From the NCBI RefSeq assembly GCF_006345805.1, contig NC_043018.1, forward strand, positions 18,600,001-18,664,000: a stretch of 64,000 nt of DNA. The letters are read 5' to 3'. The stretch is from Octopus sinensis. Taxonomy: Eukaryota. Below the pieces are notes generated by a model. The model saw only the letters and a list, made by a program, of their open reading frames with translations, was not told the DNA's origin and ran no database searches. Positions 12,940-25,685 of the stretch are shown one piece after another. The translations under genes and the position numbers were made by a program. The stretch's first letter is position 1; each line of letters opens with the position of its first letter.

Positions 12940-13295
12940 GCAGAACTAAGAAACAGTTCTGTGGTTGAGATAATGGATACAGACATCCTGCAGCCTCTGG
13001 CCTGCAGACATATTGTCTCCTCTGCTTTGTCTTTCCTACAGAAACCACAATGGCCTTCACGACTGACTTTTGTATTTGATGCTAGGGTCAAGGCAAAGGC
13101 CTCACTGTCAAGCAGAAGTGATCAAGAGGTCAGTGAATCCTGTATCTCTCTGACCTTGGCTAACCTTGATCGTGATCTTGCCCTCACAGCTCATCAAGTA
13201 TGGGATGTACAAGATTTGCAAACATTCCCCTGAGAACGCTGCAGATGAGATAGATCTGTTTCTGAAAGCACTTTCTCAATTATGATGCTAAGTGT
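12940..13295 (+). pseudogene. Possible DIRS-type tyrosine recombinase remnant
   Basis: SALSFLQK...RLTFV...KASLS...LTAHQVWDV...SESTFS resembles the YR motifs CPVRAL..YL / S...IS.W / AH..R / W.S..TF..HY; heavily decayed. Confidence 0.4.
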
Positions 13296-13585
13296 TCTAG
13301 TCAATCCGATCGATGGAACAGCCTGCTTGTGAAATTAATGTGAAAGTGGATGAGTATTTCACAGACATACTTTTAATGGAGTTCTCAAAGAGATTAAGCA
13401 TGACACAGAGTGTGACAGAGTAGGTTCAAATTAGAGTGTGACAAGGTTGGCTCTTTGGAATATAGGTGCAACTCATTTTTGCTAGTTGAGTGGTCTGGGG
13501 CAATGTGGAATAAAGTGTCTTGCTCAACAACAACATACAACTAGGAATTGATCATAAGCCAAGTACCTTGACCACTAAACCAATG
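13295..13585 (-). mobile_element. SINE family D, diverged copy
   Basis: Reverse complement aligns by eye with 55558-55872 (ttgagcaagacactttatt...ccactca.ctagcaaaaatgagttg). Confidence 0.7.
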
Positions 13586-13614
13586 TGACCATTTACAAAG
13601 ATGGATTCCGCTTG

Positions 13615-14009
13615 CTAATTTCTATCAATGATGACACACAACTCAAGGTGATCAGCATCAACAAATACCTGGGGCCTCACATTGCTGACCGTAAAAAAAT
13701 CTTCCTGGCATAGAAAGTTCTAGCTTGGAATACCTGTAACAAGCTTCAAAACATCTGACAATCAAGTGTTAAAAAACTCAACAAAGCTGGCATTCTTCGG
13801 GGCATTTGGAGAGAGTATCCTTTTGTAGAGGACCAAAACCTGTACTTTGAAAAAGGATTTTGAAGACTGCTGCCTTGTTAGAACATACACCTGGTTTCTC
13901 TTGAGGGTTCAAAACATCTTAAGTCAGAGTATAAGGCCAACAAGAAGAGTTGGCTGCAATTATGCCCCTTCAATACAAGCATTCCCTTTCTCTTCTAATC
14001 TCAGGGTCT
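13615..14009 (+). pseudogene. RTE-clade LINE post-RT remnant (probably continues after 14333)
   Basis: KYLGPHI...LAWNTCNKLQNI*QS...KLAFFGAF.ESILL*...TCTL...TYTWFLLRVQNI fits the RTE consensus FKYLGS / LAW....L..IW / ESILLYG.ETWTL. Confidence 0.7.
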
Positions 14010-14320
14010 GTGGAGGCACATGGCCTAGTGGTTAGAGCAGCGGACTCACAGTCGAGGGATTGCAGGTTCAAATCTCAGACCGGGCGATGTGTGTGTTTAT
14101 TGAGCGAAACACCTAAGCTCCACGCGGCTCCGGCAGAAGGTAATGGCGAACCTCTGCTGACTCTTTCGCCACAACTTTCTCTCACTCTTTCCTCCTGCAT
14201 CTTGCAGCTCACCTGTGATGGACCGGCATCCCATCCAGGTGGGGAACCTATATGCCAAGGAAACCGGGAAACCGGGAAACCGGCCCTTATGAGTCAGGGA
14301 TGGCTCAAGAAGGAACAAAC
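14010..14320 (+). mobile_element. tRNA-derived SINE family E with 13-bp TSD
   Basis: A box TGGCCTAGTGG and B box GGTTCAAATCT; aatctcagggtct at 13997-14009 and 14321-14333. Confidence 0.88.
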
Positions 14321-14592
14321 AATCTCAGGGTCTAGGATGTGGCAAGCACAACAAGAATCCCATTCTTGTGCAGTGTCCAAGCATGGCTGACCTGTGGAGA
14401 TAAGTTGAACAGTTGTTGCCATGTGTAGGACAAATCTGATTATTGGGCAAGTCCATTGTGAGGATTGTTCCCCCATCCACCACTAATAATGCAGAACAGG
14501 CAGAGTTTCTTACTTGAGTGGCTGAGATGAAAGATGTTATGCAGTGGATAAGTCTGAAAGAATTGAGGAAAGGCAGTGTCTTTGGTCAAACC

Positions 14593-14997
14593 TTACTCTC
14601 TTAACTCTTTTTACTCTTTTACTTGTTTCAGTCATTTGACTGTGGCCATGCTGGAGCACCGTCATTAGTTGAGCAAATCGACACCAGGACATATTCTTTG
14701 TAAGCCTAGTACTTATTCAATCAGTCTCTTTTGCCGAACCGCTAAGTTACAGGGATGTAAACACACCACCATCAGTTGTCAAGCAATGTTGGAGGACAAA
14801 CACAGACACACAAACATACACACACACATACATGTAATATATATATATATACAACAGGCTTCTTTCAGTTTCCATCTACCAAATCCACTCACAAAGCTTT
14901 GGTCGGCCCGAGGCTATAGTAGAAGACACTTGCCCAAGGTGCCACGCAGTGGGAATGAACCCAGAACCATGTGGCTGGTAAGCAAGCTACTTACCAC
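14593..14997 (-). mobile_element. SINE family A
   Basis: Family motifs; 5' tip missing. Confidence 0.9.
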
Positions 14998-15252
14998 CCT
15001 CCATCGACTGTTTTTCATCAGTTCTGTTTGGAAAGGGATGCGAAGGTGGAGAGGGACGTGCCCCCTCCCAGTGAATTTGTGAAAAGGTAAATGACTGAGG
15101 CTATGATCGTTAGGGTGAATGAAGCCTGAAGAATGGAAAACAAGAGGTGGACGAGAGGTGCATGCCCTTGATGGTCAGGGCGATCCTGGATACGTGGAGT
15201 TCCTTCATTGGTCCCAGTTACCAGTTCTCCCGAATCAGAAGGACTGTTGCAT

Positions 15253-15432
15253 TCATCATCATCATCATCATCATCGTTTAATGTCTGCTTTCCATGCTAG
15301 CATGGGTTGGACGATTTTGACTGAGGGCTGGCGAACCAGATGGCCGCACCAGGCTCCAATCTTGATCTGGCAGAGTTTCTACAGCTGGATGCCCTTCCTA
15401 ACGCCAACCACTCCGAGAGTGTAGTGGGTGCT
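15253..15432 (-). mobile_element. Family C, 3' part
   Basis: (cat)n cgtttaatgtctgctttccatgctagcatggg...ggatgcccttcctaacgccaacc. Confidence 0.85.
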
Positions 15433-16318
15433 TGTTCACATATTTTGTATACTACATATGCTTTTTATTTCATTTCACTCTCCCTCCATTTCTTTCCCTT
15501 AAATTTGTTAGTAAATCCCCACACAAACTGTAAACTGTTCTTGTAATGCCCCACCCCACCCTACACCTCATCCAATGCTCCAATGGAAAATAAAGAAAGA
15601 AAAAAATCCTATAAATATCATTGATACATTCAGCCTATTGCGAAAACCCAAATAAGAATATCTGCTATAACTTCTACTAATGTTACTTTTCGCTCTTTAT
15701 TCGTGTCTGTTGATACCTGATTCCTGGAATATCACAAGAACTTTATTCCTCTCTCTCCCTCTTTCCCGCCCTCTTCCTTGCTCCCCTCGTTCTTCATAGA
15801 CTTTAAACTACTCCTAACGTACAAATTATCTCTATATTCATTTTCTAAATACATCTTGTTTCTGCTGTTGTTGTTTTTATTTAACCGTTTCCTCTAAATA
15901 TTTACACTTTGCTAGATTCCTAACTCCCTTCTGGCTAGTGTTTTGGTCAAAAAGTGGACTGATATGTCAATAATGAGGAATTATTATTTCTCCCAAGAGT
16001 GTCTTTAACAATGAAGTCTGGTTTATTTGTTTAACTTTGGTACTTTACAATGGTAGGAAGTGTTTATCTCATTTGTTGTTTATTCCAAGCAATACAACAA
16101 GTGTTCTTCCTTTTCTTTTTTTGGTTACTGATTAAAAGTCCAATGACCTCCGAAGGAATCTCCCCCAACCCCACCCCACCCCACCTCAGTGTGGTGGTGG
16201 TGGTGGTGGTGGAATACAAGTTCACTTCCCAACCTTATAGTTGTAGGTTCCATCCCATTACAAGACACCAGTAAAAAAAATAGGTGGCGCTGGTGATGGG
16301 ATATGTAGCAATAGGGGG

Positions 16319-16337
16319 TTGGTTACAATGATGATGG

Positions 16338-16374
<37 letters not shown>

Positions 16375-16457
16375 AATGATGATGATGATGGTGATGATGA
16401 TGGTGGTGGTGGTGATGATGATGATGATGATGATAGTGGTGGTGATGATGATGAAGA

Positions 16458-16489
<32 letters not shown>

Positions 16490-16538
16490 ATGATGATGAT
16501 GATGATGATGCTGATGATGATGATGGTGGAGGTGGTGG

Positions 16539-16585
<47 letters not shown>

Positions 16586-16595
16586 GTGGTGGTGA

Positions 16596-16629
<34 letters not shown>

Positions 16630-16702
16630 GGTGGTGATGAGATGATGATGATGATGATGAGGAGGAGGAGAGGGGAGGAGGCGGAATAGGAGGAGGAGGA
16701 TG
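16319..16702. repeat. (GAT)n/(GGT)n compound microsatellite
   Basis: Read directly; accounts for the poly-M/V and poly-S/P ORFs. Confidence 0.95.
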
Positions 16703-17125
16703 TCACTTAGTCAGCTGATCTCCATTCCAATCACTAAGTTACATACTTCAAGTAAACAGATTCCACTCGAAACGGTGATGTTTACACTGGTCAACATCGA
16801 CAGAGACAGACAGACAGACAGGCAGAGACATAGCTACTATATGGCATCATAAGTGGACACGGTCAATATTGAAGTGGCCGGATCAAAATGATTGATGATT
16901 TCTGTGTGATGGCTTTGTTACATAATCTCTATATCTAGTTAACCCTAATTTAGTCAATTATCTTCAAAACAAGATGGACTATTTGTGGATAAATATCTGA
17001 ACTCTTTTCAGAAATTCTAAACTTTCTTGAGTCAGCTTTTATATCAGTACCAGAAAGAAATTCTGGCTAGCTTTCGCTCAGTCTCATCAATCTTATTGGA
17101 TTTTGTTATCATTCTTTAGTCATAT

Positions 17126-17534
17126 AGGCGCAGGAGTGGCTGTGTGGTAAGTAGCTTGCTAACCAACCACATGGTTTCGGGTTCAGTCCCACTGCATGGC
17201 ATCTTGGGCAAGTGTCTTCTGCTATAGCCCCGGGCCGACCAATGCCTTGTGAGTGGATTTGGTAGACGGAAACTGGAAGAAGCCTGTCGTATATATGTGT
17301 ATATATATTTATATAAGTGTGTGTGTGTGTATGTTTGTGTGTCTGTGTTTGTCCCCCTAGCATTGCTTGACAACCGATGCTGGTGTGTTTACGTCCCCGT
17401 CACTTAGCGGTTCGGCAAAAGAGACCGATAGAATAAGTACTGGGCTTACAAAGAATAAGTCCCGGGGTCGATTTGCTCGACTAAAGGCGGTGCTCCAGCA
17501 TGGCCACAGTCAAATGACTGAAACAAGTAAAAGA
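17126..17534 (+). mobile_element. SINE family A, full-length copy
   Basis: aggcgcaggagtggctgtgtggtaag...atgactgaaacaagtaaaaga. Confidence 0.92.
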
Positions 17535-18070
17535 AACAAAAAAGAAAAGAAAGAATATCTATAAAATATTTCATTCATTTTCTTAGCTATATCAACTGAC
17601 AGAAAGATTTTTCAATATCTCCAGCCTTTACATATTGGCACCTAATTGATTCCTTATCGGAAGAAATCAATTCTTCTGTATAATTGTGTTCTTCTGATTA
17701 ATTTAAACAATCTGTTCGTATATTTTCTTGGTGGTTCTTCCATGCTAATTATTTTGCAATCTGTTCTTTCTTTGAGTGCATCGTAAGCACGTTCCGTCTA
17801 GATTACATTCAACAAGCATTTTCCAAATCTTGTCGCAATTTTTTTTTTTTTGGGTTTTGGTTCCTGATTTCCAATCTTTGTTTCTTCATCCGTACAACTT
17901 CCAACTCGTTCCAACGAATCTACACCAACAAACTATTAAGATGGATTTTGTACTTAAACCAATCATTACATTCCACACACACAAACACATTTATATATAT
18001 ATGTGTGTGTATGTAAACATGCTTATGTGTGTGCGAGGAAACACACATATGTTTATACATATATATTATA

Positions 18071-18101
<31 letters not shown>

Positions 18102-19388
18102 TTACAATATATACATGAATGCATGCATATATATGTGTGGTTGTGTGTGTATACATACATGTGTGTATGACTGTATATATGTATATATATAAATATGTGT
18201 TTATGTATACATATATATGTGCATATACATGTGTGTGTGTATGAATGTATATGTGTGCATGTATATCTATCTATCTATCTATCTATATATTTATATATGT
18301 ATATATATACAAGATAAGAAAATGGAGAAATACATCTAAATCAAATATCTCAATTTGTATATATATATATACATATATATATACATGCACATACACAAAC
18401 AAACACATTTATACACGTGTATATATATATATATGCATATATATGTGTGTGTCTGCATATACATATGTATGTATATATGTATATATATGCATATATGTGT
18501 GTGTGTGTGTCTCTCTCCCACTCTATCAATCTGTATATACACACACACACAGATATGTATATATATAAATAGTTATCTTCCTAGTTCTAAGCTTCTTATT
18601 GTAGTTGTTGGGTATTTTTTTTTTTCTTTTATCTCCGGTGCTGTATATTCCAATGCCATTTATTCCAAGGTAAGCCATATAACAGCTCTTTTAACCTCCA
18701 AGATCCATAACAGATCTTTACTGATATTGCCATTGTATGCCTTTTATTTATTTATACATTTATATATTTATTTAATGTCAAATTCCCCCATTTTAGGATG
18801 GCTTCAAAACACTTCATAAAACTCATGTTCATTAAAATGTTTAAACCTTTTTTTATTTTTTCCACGAAATCCATAAACACCTTTTACCTGATGTACAACT
18901 TTTAGTGGATCGTTATCAATCTGGTTTCCTCCATCATCCAAATACTGAAGATCAGGGGCATGATTTATTAAATTCCCATTAGAGATCTACTTTGATCCAA
19001 ATCCAGTTCACTAGGTCCATTAAGGCATCAGAAAAGGAAAGTAAAAGGATTCCCTTTGTCAAATTCCTGGGTTTTTTTTAAAATGCAGAATGAAGAGAAT
19101 GCCATTGTTCTTTGATAGTTTTATGGCATTACTGACGTTTTCCCATTCCTGTTGTTCCAAGCACAGATGACATAACCCCCAAATACTTCTATTTTATTTT
19201 TCGTGCCCCCAATATCCAAAAATGTGAGATACCATCAAAAGAGTTCTCATAATCCGTACCATTCTTAAAATCCTCTTCCCTTCTTTTGCTCATCACATAG
19301 CAAAACATTGTGAAAATAAATCACGGTTAAGAGATTCTTGTAGCAAAACTCAAATTGGTCCTTGACTGCCCTCTGTGGAATCAAATCT

Positions 19389-19469
19389 ACTTACGGCCAT
19401 TTCACATTGAAAGCACCGGTTCTTGTCCGATTACCGCAGTTAAGCAATGTCGAGGCTAGTTAGTACTTG
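19389..19469 (+). pseudogene. 5S rRNA pseudogene fragment (5' ~80 nt)
   Basis: ttacggccatttcacattgaaagcaccggttcttgtccgattaccgcagttaagcaatgtcgaggctagttagtacttg follows the metazoan 5S sequence through box A and into box C; the 3' ~40 nt are absent. Confidence 0.85.
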
Positions 19470-19965
19470 TTTCAGTCATTTGACTGTGGCCATGCTGGAG
19501 CACCGCCTTTAATCGAGCAAATCGACCCCAGGACTTATTCTTTGTAAGCCTAGTACTTATTCTATCGGTCTCTTTTGCCGAGCTGCTAAGTTACAGGGAC
19601 GTAAACACACCAGCATCAGTTGTCAAGCGGAGTTGGGGGACAAACACAGACACGCAAACATATACAAACACACACACACACACAGCATCAGTTGTCAAGC
19701 GGAGTTGGGGGACAAACACAGACACACAAACATATACAACACCACACACACACACCACACACACATGTATATATATATATATATATCTATAATATAGATA
19801 AGATGGGCTTCTTTCAGTTTCCGTCTACCAAATCCACTCACAAGGCTTTGGTCGGCCCGAGGTTTTACTAGAAGACACTTGCCCAGGTGCCATGTAGTGG
19901 GAATGAACCTGGAACCATGTGGTTGGTAAGCAAGCTACTTACCACACCGCCACTCCTAGCGCCTA
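19464..19965 (-). mobile_element. SINE family A with an internal ~70-bp duplication and no tail repeat
   Basis: cagcatcagttgtcaagcggagttgggggacaaacacagacac occurs twice, at about 19611 and 19683. Confidence 0.88.
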
Positions 19966-20096
19966 TATATAATAATCATAGGATTTTTTAAATACCAAAT
20001 GACTAACACATGAAAATACACACACAAAGACATGTGCATACATGCACATACATGCACACAAACATGCGTTTGGCACAGACACTAACACAGGCATGT

Positions 20097-20127
<31 letters not shown>

Positions 20128-20480
20128 TATATATATATATATATAATATATATATATATAAGATGGGCTTCTTTCAGTTTCCGTCTACAAATCCCACTCA
20201 CAAGGCTTTGGTCGGCCCGAGGTTTTACTAGAAGACACTTGCCCAAGGTGCCATGTAGTGGGAATGAACCTGGAACCATGTGGTTGGTAAGCAAGCTACT
20301 TACCACACAGCCACTCCTGCGCCTATATAATAATAATCATAGGATTTTTTAAATACCAAATGACTAACACATGAAAATACACACACAAAGACATGTGCAT
20401 ACATGCACATACATGCACACACACACATGCGTGTGCACAGACACTAACACAGGCATGTACACACACACACACAACACACA
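19760..20480. repeat. 360-bp tandem duplication (SINE head plus flank)
   Basis: agatgggcttctttcag at 19801 and 20161; the unique flank ataatcataggattttttaaataccaaatgactaac is duplicated too. Confidence 0.9.
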
Positions 20481-21039
20481 CACATGTGCATGCACACACA
20501 TGAACACACACATACACACGGATGTGCACAGACACTAACACATGCATGTACACACACACAGACATGTGCATGCATGCTCACACATGTACACACTCACACA
20601 CACACACACGTGTGTGCACAGACACTAACACACATACACACACACACAAACACATGTGCATGTATGCACACACATGCACACACTCACACACATACACACA
20701 CACACAAACACATGTGTATGCATGCACACACATGCACACACTCACACACACACACACGTGTGTGCACAGACACTAACACACATACACACACACACAAACA
20801 CATGTGTATGCATGCACACACATGCACACACTCAGACACACACACACAGATGCGTGGGCACAGGCACTAACACATGTACACACACACACACACACACAAA
20901 GACATGTGCATGCATGCACACACATGCACACACACATACACATACATACACATACGTGTGTGCACAGACACTAACACATGTACACACACACACACAAGCA
21001 CATTTGCATGCATGCACACACATGCCCGTACACACACTC

Positions 21040-21070
<31 letters not shown>

Positions 21071-21416
21071 TTTGCATCCTGCACACACCTGCCCGTACAC
21101 ACACTCACCACACACCACCACACAAACACATTTGCATCCATGCACACACATGCCCGTACACACACTCACACACACACACACACACACACAAGCACATTTG
21201 CATGCATGCACACACATGCCCGTACACACACTCACACACACACACAAACACATTTGCATCCATGCACACACATGCCCGTACACACACTCACACACACACA
21301 CACACACACAAGCACATTTGCATGCATGCACACACATGCCCGTACACACACTCACACACACACACACACACACACAAGCACATTTGCATGCATGCACACA
21401 CCTGCCCGTACACACA

Positions 21417-21451
<35 letters not shown>

Positions 21452-22015
21452 TTGCATCCATGCACACACCTGCCCGTACACACACTCACACACACACACA
21501 CACACACAAACACATTTGCATCCATGCACACACCTGCCCGTACACACACTCACACACACACACACACAAACACATTTGCATCCATGCACACACATGCCCG
21601 TACAACACCACTCACACACACACAACACACACACAAAACACATTTGCATCCATGCACACACATGCCCGTACACACACTCACACACACACACACACAAACA
21701 CATTTGCATCCATGCACACACATGCCCGTACACACACTCACACACACACACACACAAACACATTTGCATCCATGCACACACATGCCCGTACACACACTCA
21801 CACACACACACACACACACACACAAGCACATTTGCATGCATGCACACACCTGCCCGTACACACACTCACACACACACACACACACACACACAACACATTT
21901 GCATCCATGCACACACCTGCCCGTACACACACTCACACACACACACACACACACACAAACACATTTGCATCCATGCACACACATGCCCGTACACACACTC
22001 ACACAAACACACACA
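20480..22015. repeat. CA-rich minisatellites: ~90-bp units, then ~16 units of ~60 bp
   Basis: The unit cacatttgcat(c/g)catgcacacac(a/c)tgcccgtacacacact(ca)n repeats over 20995-22005. Confidence 0.92.
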
Positions 22016-22868
22016 TGCCTGCATACAGATTTACACAGATACAGAAGTAGAGAGCATTAATGCAAAACCACAGATGGCAAATCCAGAGAACTGCGGCACG
22101 CAAGAATCATCTTGACAAACCAACTTTCATCAATAATGCACAAACGGATGTGAAGAATTAATAAAGCCATGACAAATGTTTACGGCATCAATGGTTTGTC
22201 TTCTTGGTGATTAACGGTAATGCTTCATTCTGTATTATTGAAGAACTTGCTTCAAAGCAAGAACAAATAAAAAAAACAATGAATTCTTAGAGCCAACCCA
22301 GGCTGGAAACCCAATCGCCTGCAACGGTTGAAGTGTCTGACCATGTCTTAGGCCATTGCTTTTATAATAGATAATTGCTGTAAAGTAGATTCCACAATTG
22401 CCACTCAAGGGCCAGGTGCTGCCTGCTTACAAGAAATCCTTAACTGGGATTTCGGGGTTTTTTTACAGTGGTTTGCTATGACATGCAGCAGAGTTTAGTT
22501 TATTAATAACCCTTAATAAGATAACTGAAGATTGCCAAGGTGACACCAGGACACACAGACACACAAACATATAGACACATATATATATATATATACGACA
22601 GGCTTTTTCCAGTTTCTGTCTACCAAATCTACTCACAAGGCTTTGGTCAGCCTCAGGCTATAGCAGAAGACACTTGCCTAAGGTGTCACACAGTGGGACT
22701 GAACCCAGAACCATGTGACTCGTAAGCAACCTACTTACCACACAGTCACTCTTACACAGACACATACACAAACCATGCATACCTGTATACAGATCTATGT
22801 ACACACATATCTATACACACAGACACACATATATACATATATATATATATATATATATGTATAGATAT

Positions 22869-22932
<64 letters not shown>

Positions 22933-23454
22933 TATATATTTATAAGTAGTTATGCAGGGGTGGATAACATGCATCTTTGTATATATACACAAAAATACAT
23001 AGTTACACACACACAGATGCAGACACACACATGTATATGTATGTGTGTATGTCTGCACATTCGTGCATATACAGACACAGACACACAGACACCGACACAC
23101 ACGTATGCATGCGTGCACAATCTGTTGCATAAGAGCAGAAGTGGAGGTCAAGAGGGTAGATACGTATATGAAGGTAAAGAACTGATCCGTTTCTACGGAA
23201 GGAGAACAAAAGGAAAGAATTCGCCGAGTGCGTAGAACAAACAGGATAAGGAGGAATTTGAAAGATGTTGACTCTAAAAGTCTTTGACTGCCATTAACAT
23301 GGAAATGCAGAGCTGCTAAAAATAGCCATTGTCTTAGATCCATTGGCGGCGGGAAGGGGAGGGGGTGTTGTTGTTTTTTTTGTCTTTGATTGTTTCTTTG
23401 AGAATAAATATTGAAATCAACGGTATAAATGAAAGGGGGAGGGCATGATAGCCA

Positions 23455-23765
23455 GTCTCTCTCTCTGTCTCTCTCTCTCTTTCTCTCTCTCTCTCTGTCT
23501 CAGTCTCTGTCTCTCTCTCTCTGTCTCTCTCTGTCTCTCTCTCCCTGTCTCTCCCTGTCTCTCTGTTTGTCTCTCTCTCTCTGTCTCTCTCTCTCTGTCT
23601 CTCTCTGTCTCTCTCTCCCTGTCTCTGTCTCTCTGTCTGTCTCTCTCTGTCTGTCTCTTTCTCTCTCTCTCTCTCTCTCCCTGTCTCTGTCTGTCTCTCT
23701 GTCTCTGTCTCTGTCTCTGTCTCTCTGTCTCTCTCTCTCTCTCTGTCTCTCTCTCTTTCTTTCTC
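23455..23765. repeat. CT/CTGT polypyrimidine repeat
   Basis: Read directly. Confidence 0.95.
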
Positions 23766-24339
23766 CCACACTCACTGATGTATACAACATCCTTTCTTTT
23801 TTTGTCTCTCTTTTGAAATATATGCAAGTGAGCATACATCATCATCATCATCATCATCATTTAATGTAAATACTCCAGGCTAGTCTGAGTTGGACAGGTC
23901 TCTATGTAGGCGGCAGGAACCTACAGGAAGCCGTGTGCTGCGGATGGAGATCCGTGCTGTTACGGAACATGTGTGTTAGAAGTAGTTTTTCAAGATTTCA
24001 AATGGGAAATGTTTTGGATCAAGATACACCTTCCTCTGGTGGTTCTGCTGAGATTGACAGCGGCAAAATGGAATTAGACATCACCAAAACCTGTTATACA
24101 CCCGGGGTGGTCGTAGATATATGCCAAATATCCAAACTGAGTGTTGAAAGGGACAGAGTGAGGTAAAGGAAGAGGGAAAGTGATGAGAATGAAGGGAAGG
24201 CCTAGAAATGCGAGAGAAGGTGGGAGCGAGAAGAAAAAATGTAGAAGGAACAAAAATAGTGTGAAAGGGGCTAAAGGAAAGAGTAAGGGTCATACAGAAA
24301 TTAGATATATATAGACTAAAAGTGTACATATATATATAT

Positions 24340-24840
24340 ATCATCATCATCATCATCATCATCATCATCGTTTAACGTCTGCTTTCCATGCTATCATGGG
24401 TTGCACGGTTCAAATGGGGTCTGGGAAGCCAGAAGGCTGCACCAGGCCCAGTCTGATCTGGCAGTGTTTCTACAGCTGGATGCCCTTCCTAATGCCAACC
24501 ACTCCATGAGTGTAGTGGGTGCTTTTTACGTGCCACCGGCACAGGTGCCAGACGAGGCCGGCAACGACCATGATCAAATGGTGCTTTTTACATGCCCCTG
24601 GCACAGAGACCAGATGGGGCTGGCAACGGCCACGATCAGATGGTCGTTTTTACATGCCACCGGCACGGAGGCCAGTCGGGGCGGCGCTGGCAACGGCCAC
24701 GTTCGGATGGTTCTCTTACGTGCCACCGGCACTGGTATCACAACTACAACTTCCATTGATGTTGTTCGATTTTGATTTTGATTTACACTTGCCTCAACAG
24801 GTCTTCACAAGTAGAGTTTTGTGTCCCAAGAAGGAAAGGT
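24340..24840 (-). mobile_element. Family C with internal ~62-bp tandem units
   Basis: Repeated tttacgtgccaccggcac modules, then the family 3' end and (gat)n. Confidence 0.85.
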
Positions 24841-24845
24841 ATGCA

Positions 24846-24879
<34 letters not shown>

Positions 24880-24965
24880 GTCTACAGAGAGTCATTATGC
24901 CAATTTTGTTTCAACACACAAATTCACATAAAGAATCTTGCAAACCAGATACAAAAACAAATTAT

Positions 24966-25386
24966 AGGTGCAGGAGTGGCTGTGTGGTAAGTAGCTTGCT
25001 AACCAACCACATGGTTCCGGGTTCAATCCCACTGCATGGCATCTTGGGCAAGTGTCTTCTGCTATAGCCCCGGGCCGACCAATGCCTTGTGAGTGGATTT
25101 GGTAGACGGAAACTGAAAGAAGCCTGTCGTATATATGTATATATATATATGTATGTGTGTGTATGTTTGTGTGTCTGTGTTTGTCCCCCTAGCATTGCTT
25201 GACAACCGATGCTGGTGTGTTTACGTCCCCATCACTTAGCGGTTCGGCAAAAAGAGACCGATAGAATAAGTACTGGGCTTACAAAAAGAATAAGTCCCGG
25301 GGTTGAGTTGCTCGACTAAAGGCGGTGCTCCAGCATGGCCGCAGTCAAATGACTGAAACAAGTAAAAGAGTAAAAGAGTAAAGAGT
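24966..25386 (+). mobile_element. SINE family A, full-length copy
   Basis: Head through (gtaaaaga)n tail. Confidence 0.92.
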
Positions 25387-25685
25387 ATACATTACGCACA
25401 CACATACATACACACACACACACATACCACCTACACATTTTATTTCTGCTTCAACACAAAGTGTAATTCTTTACACCAACAAGTTTCTTTAACTTTTCCT
25501 TTTCTTTTTACAATTCTCTGGGAATTTCATTGATTCTTGTTGTTTTCTTTGTTGTTCAATAAAGAACAATAGTTTGTTTTTTTTTCCAATTTTCTCCATA
25601 ACATTGTTCTTCGTTTTGGTTTTTACAGATTTTAACAACAAAGCAATACTCTAAGAATACCTGTTAAAGTATATTACAATTCACA

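Noticed and set aside
14010-14085. tRNA gene calls for SINE heads (also 2426, 17126 and 55558)
   Set aside because: Acceptor stems do not pair, there is no terminator, and each continues into a repeat body.
20656-22115. Long His/Thr/Cys-rich ORFs (464, 413 and 360 aa)
   Set aside because: Open in all three forward frames because CA-rich repeats lack stop codons, and unit lengths are not held to multiples of three.
23990-24150. Minus-strand WIFGIYLRPP followed by cagagga...aaaa, like a Penelope EN end plus ribozyme; similar hints at 15010-15250 and 51700-51900
   Set aside because: Similarity is only a few residues and cannot be separated from chance without a profile search.
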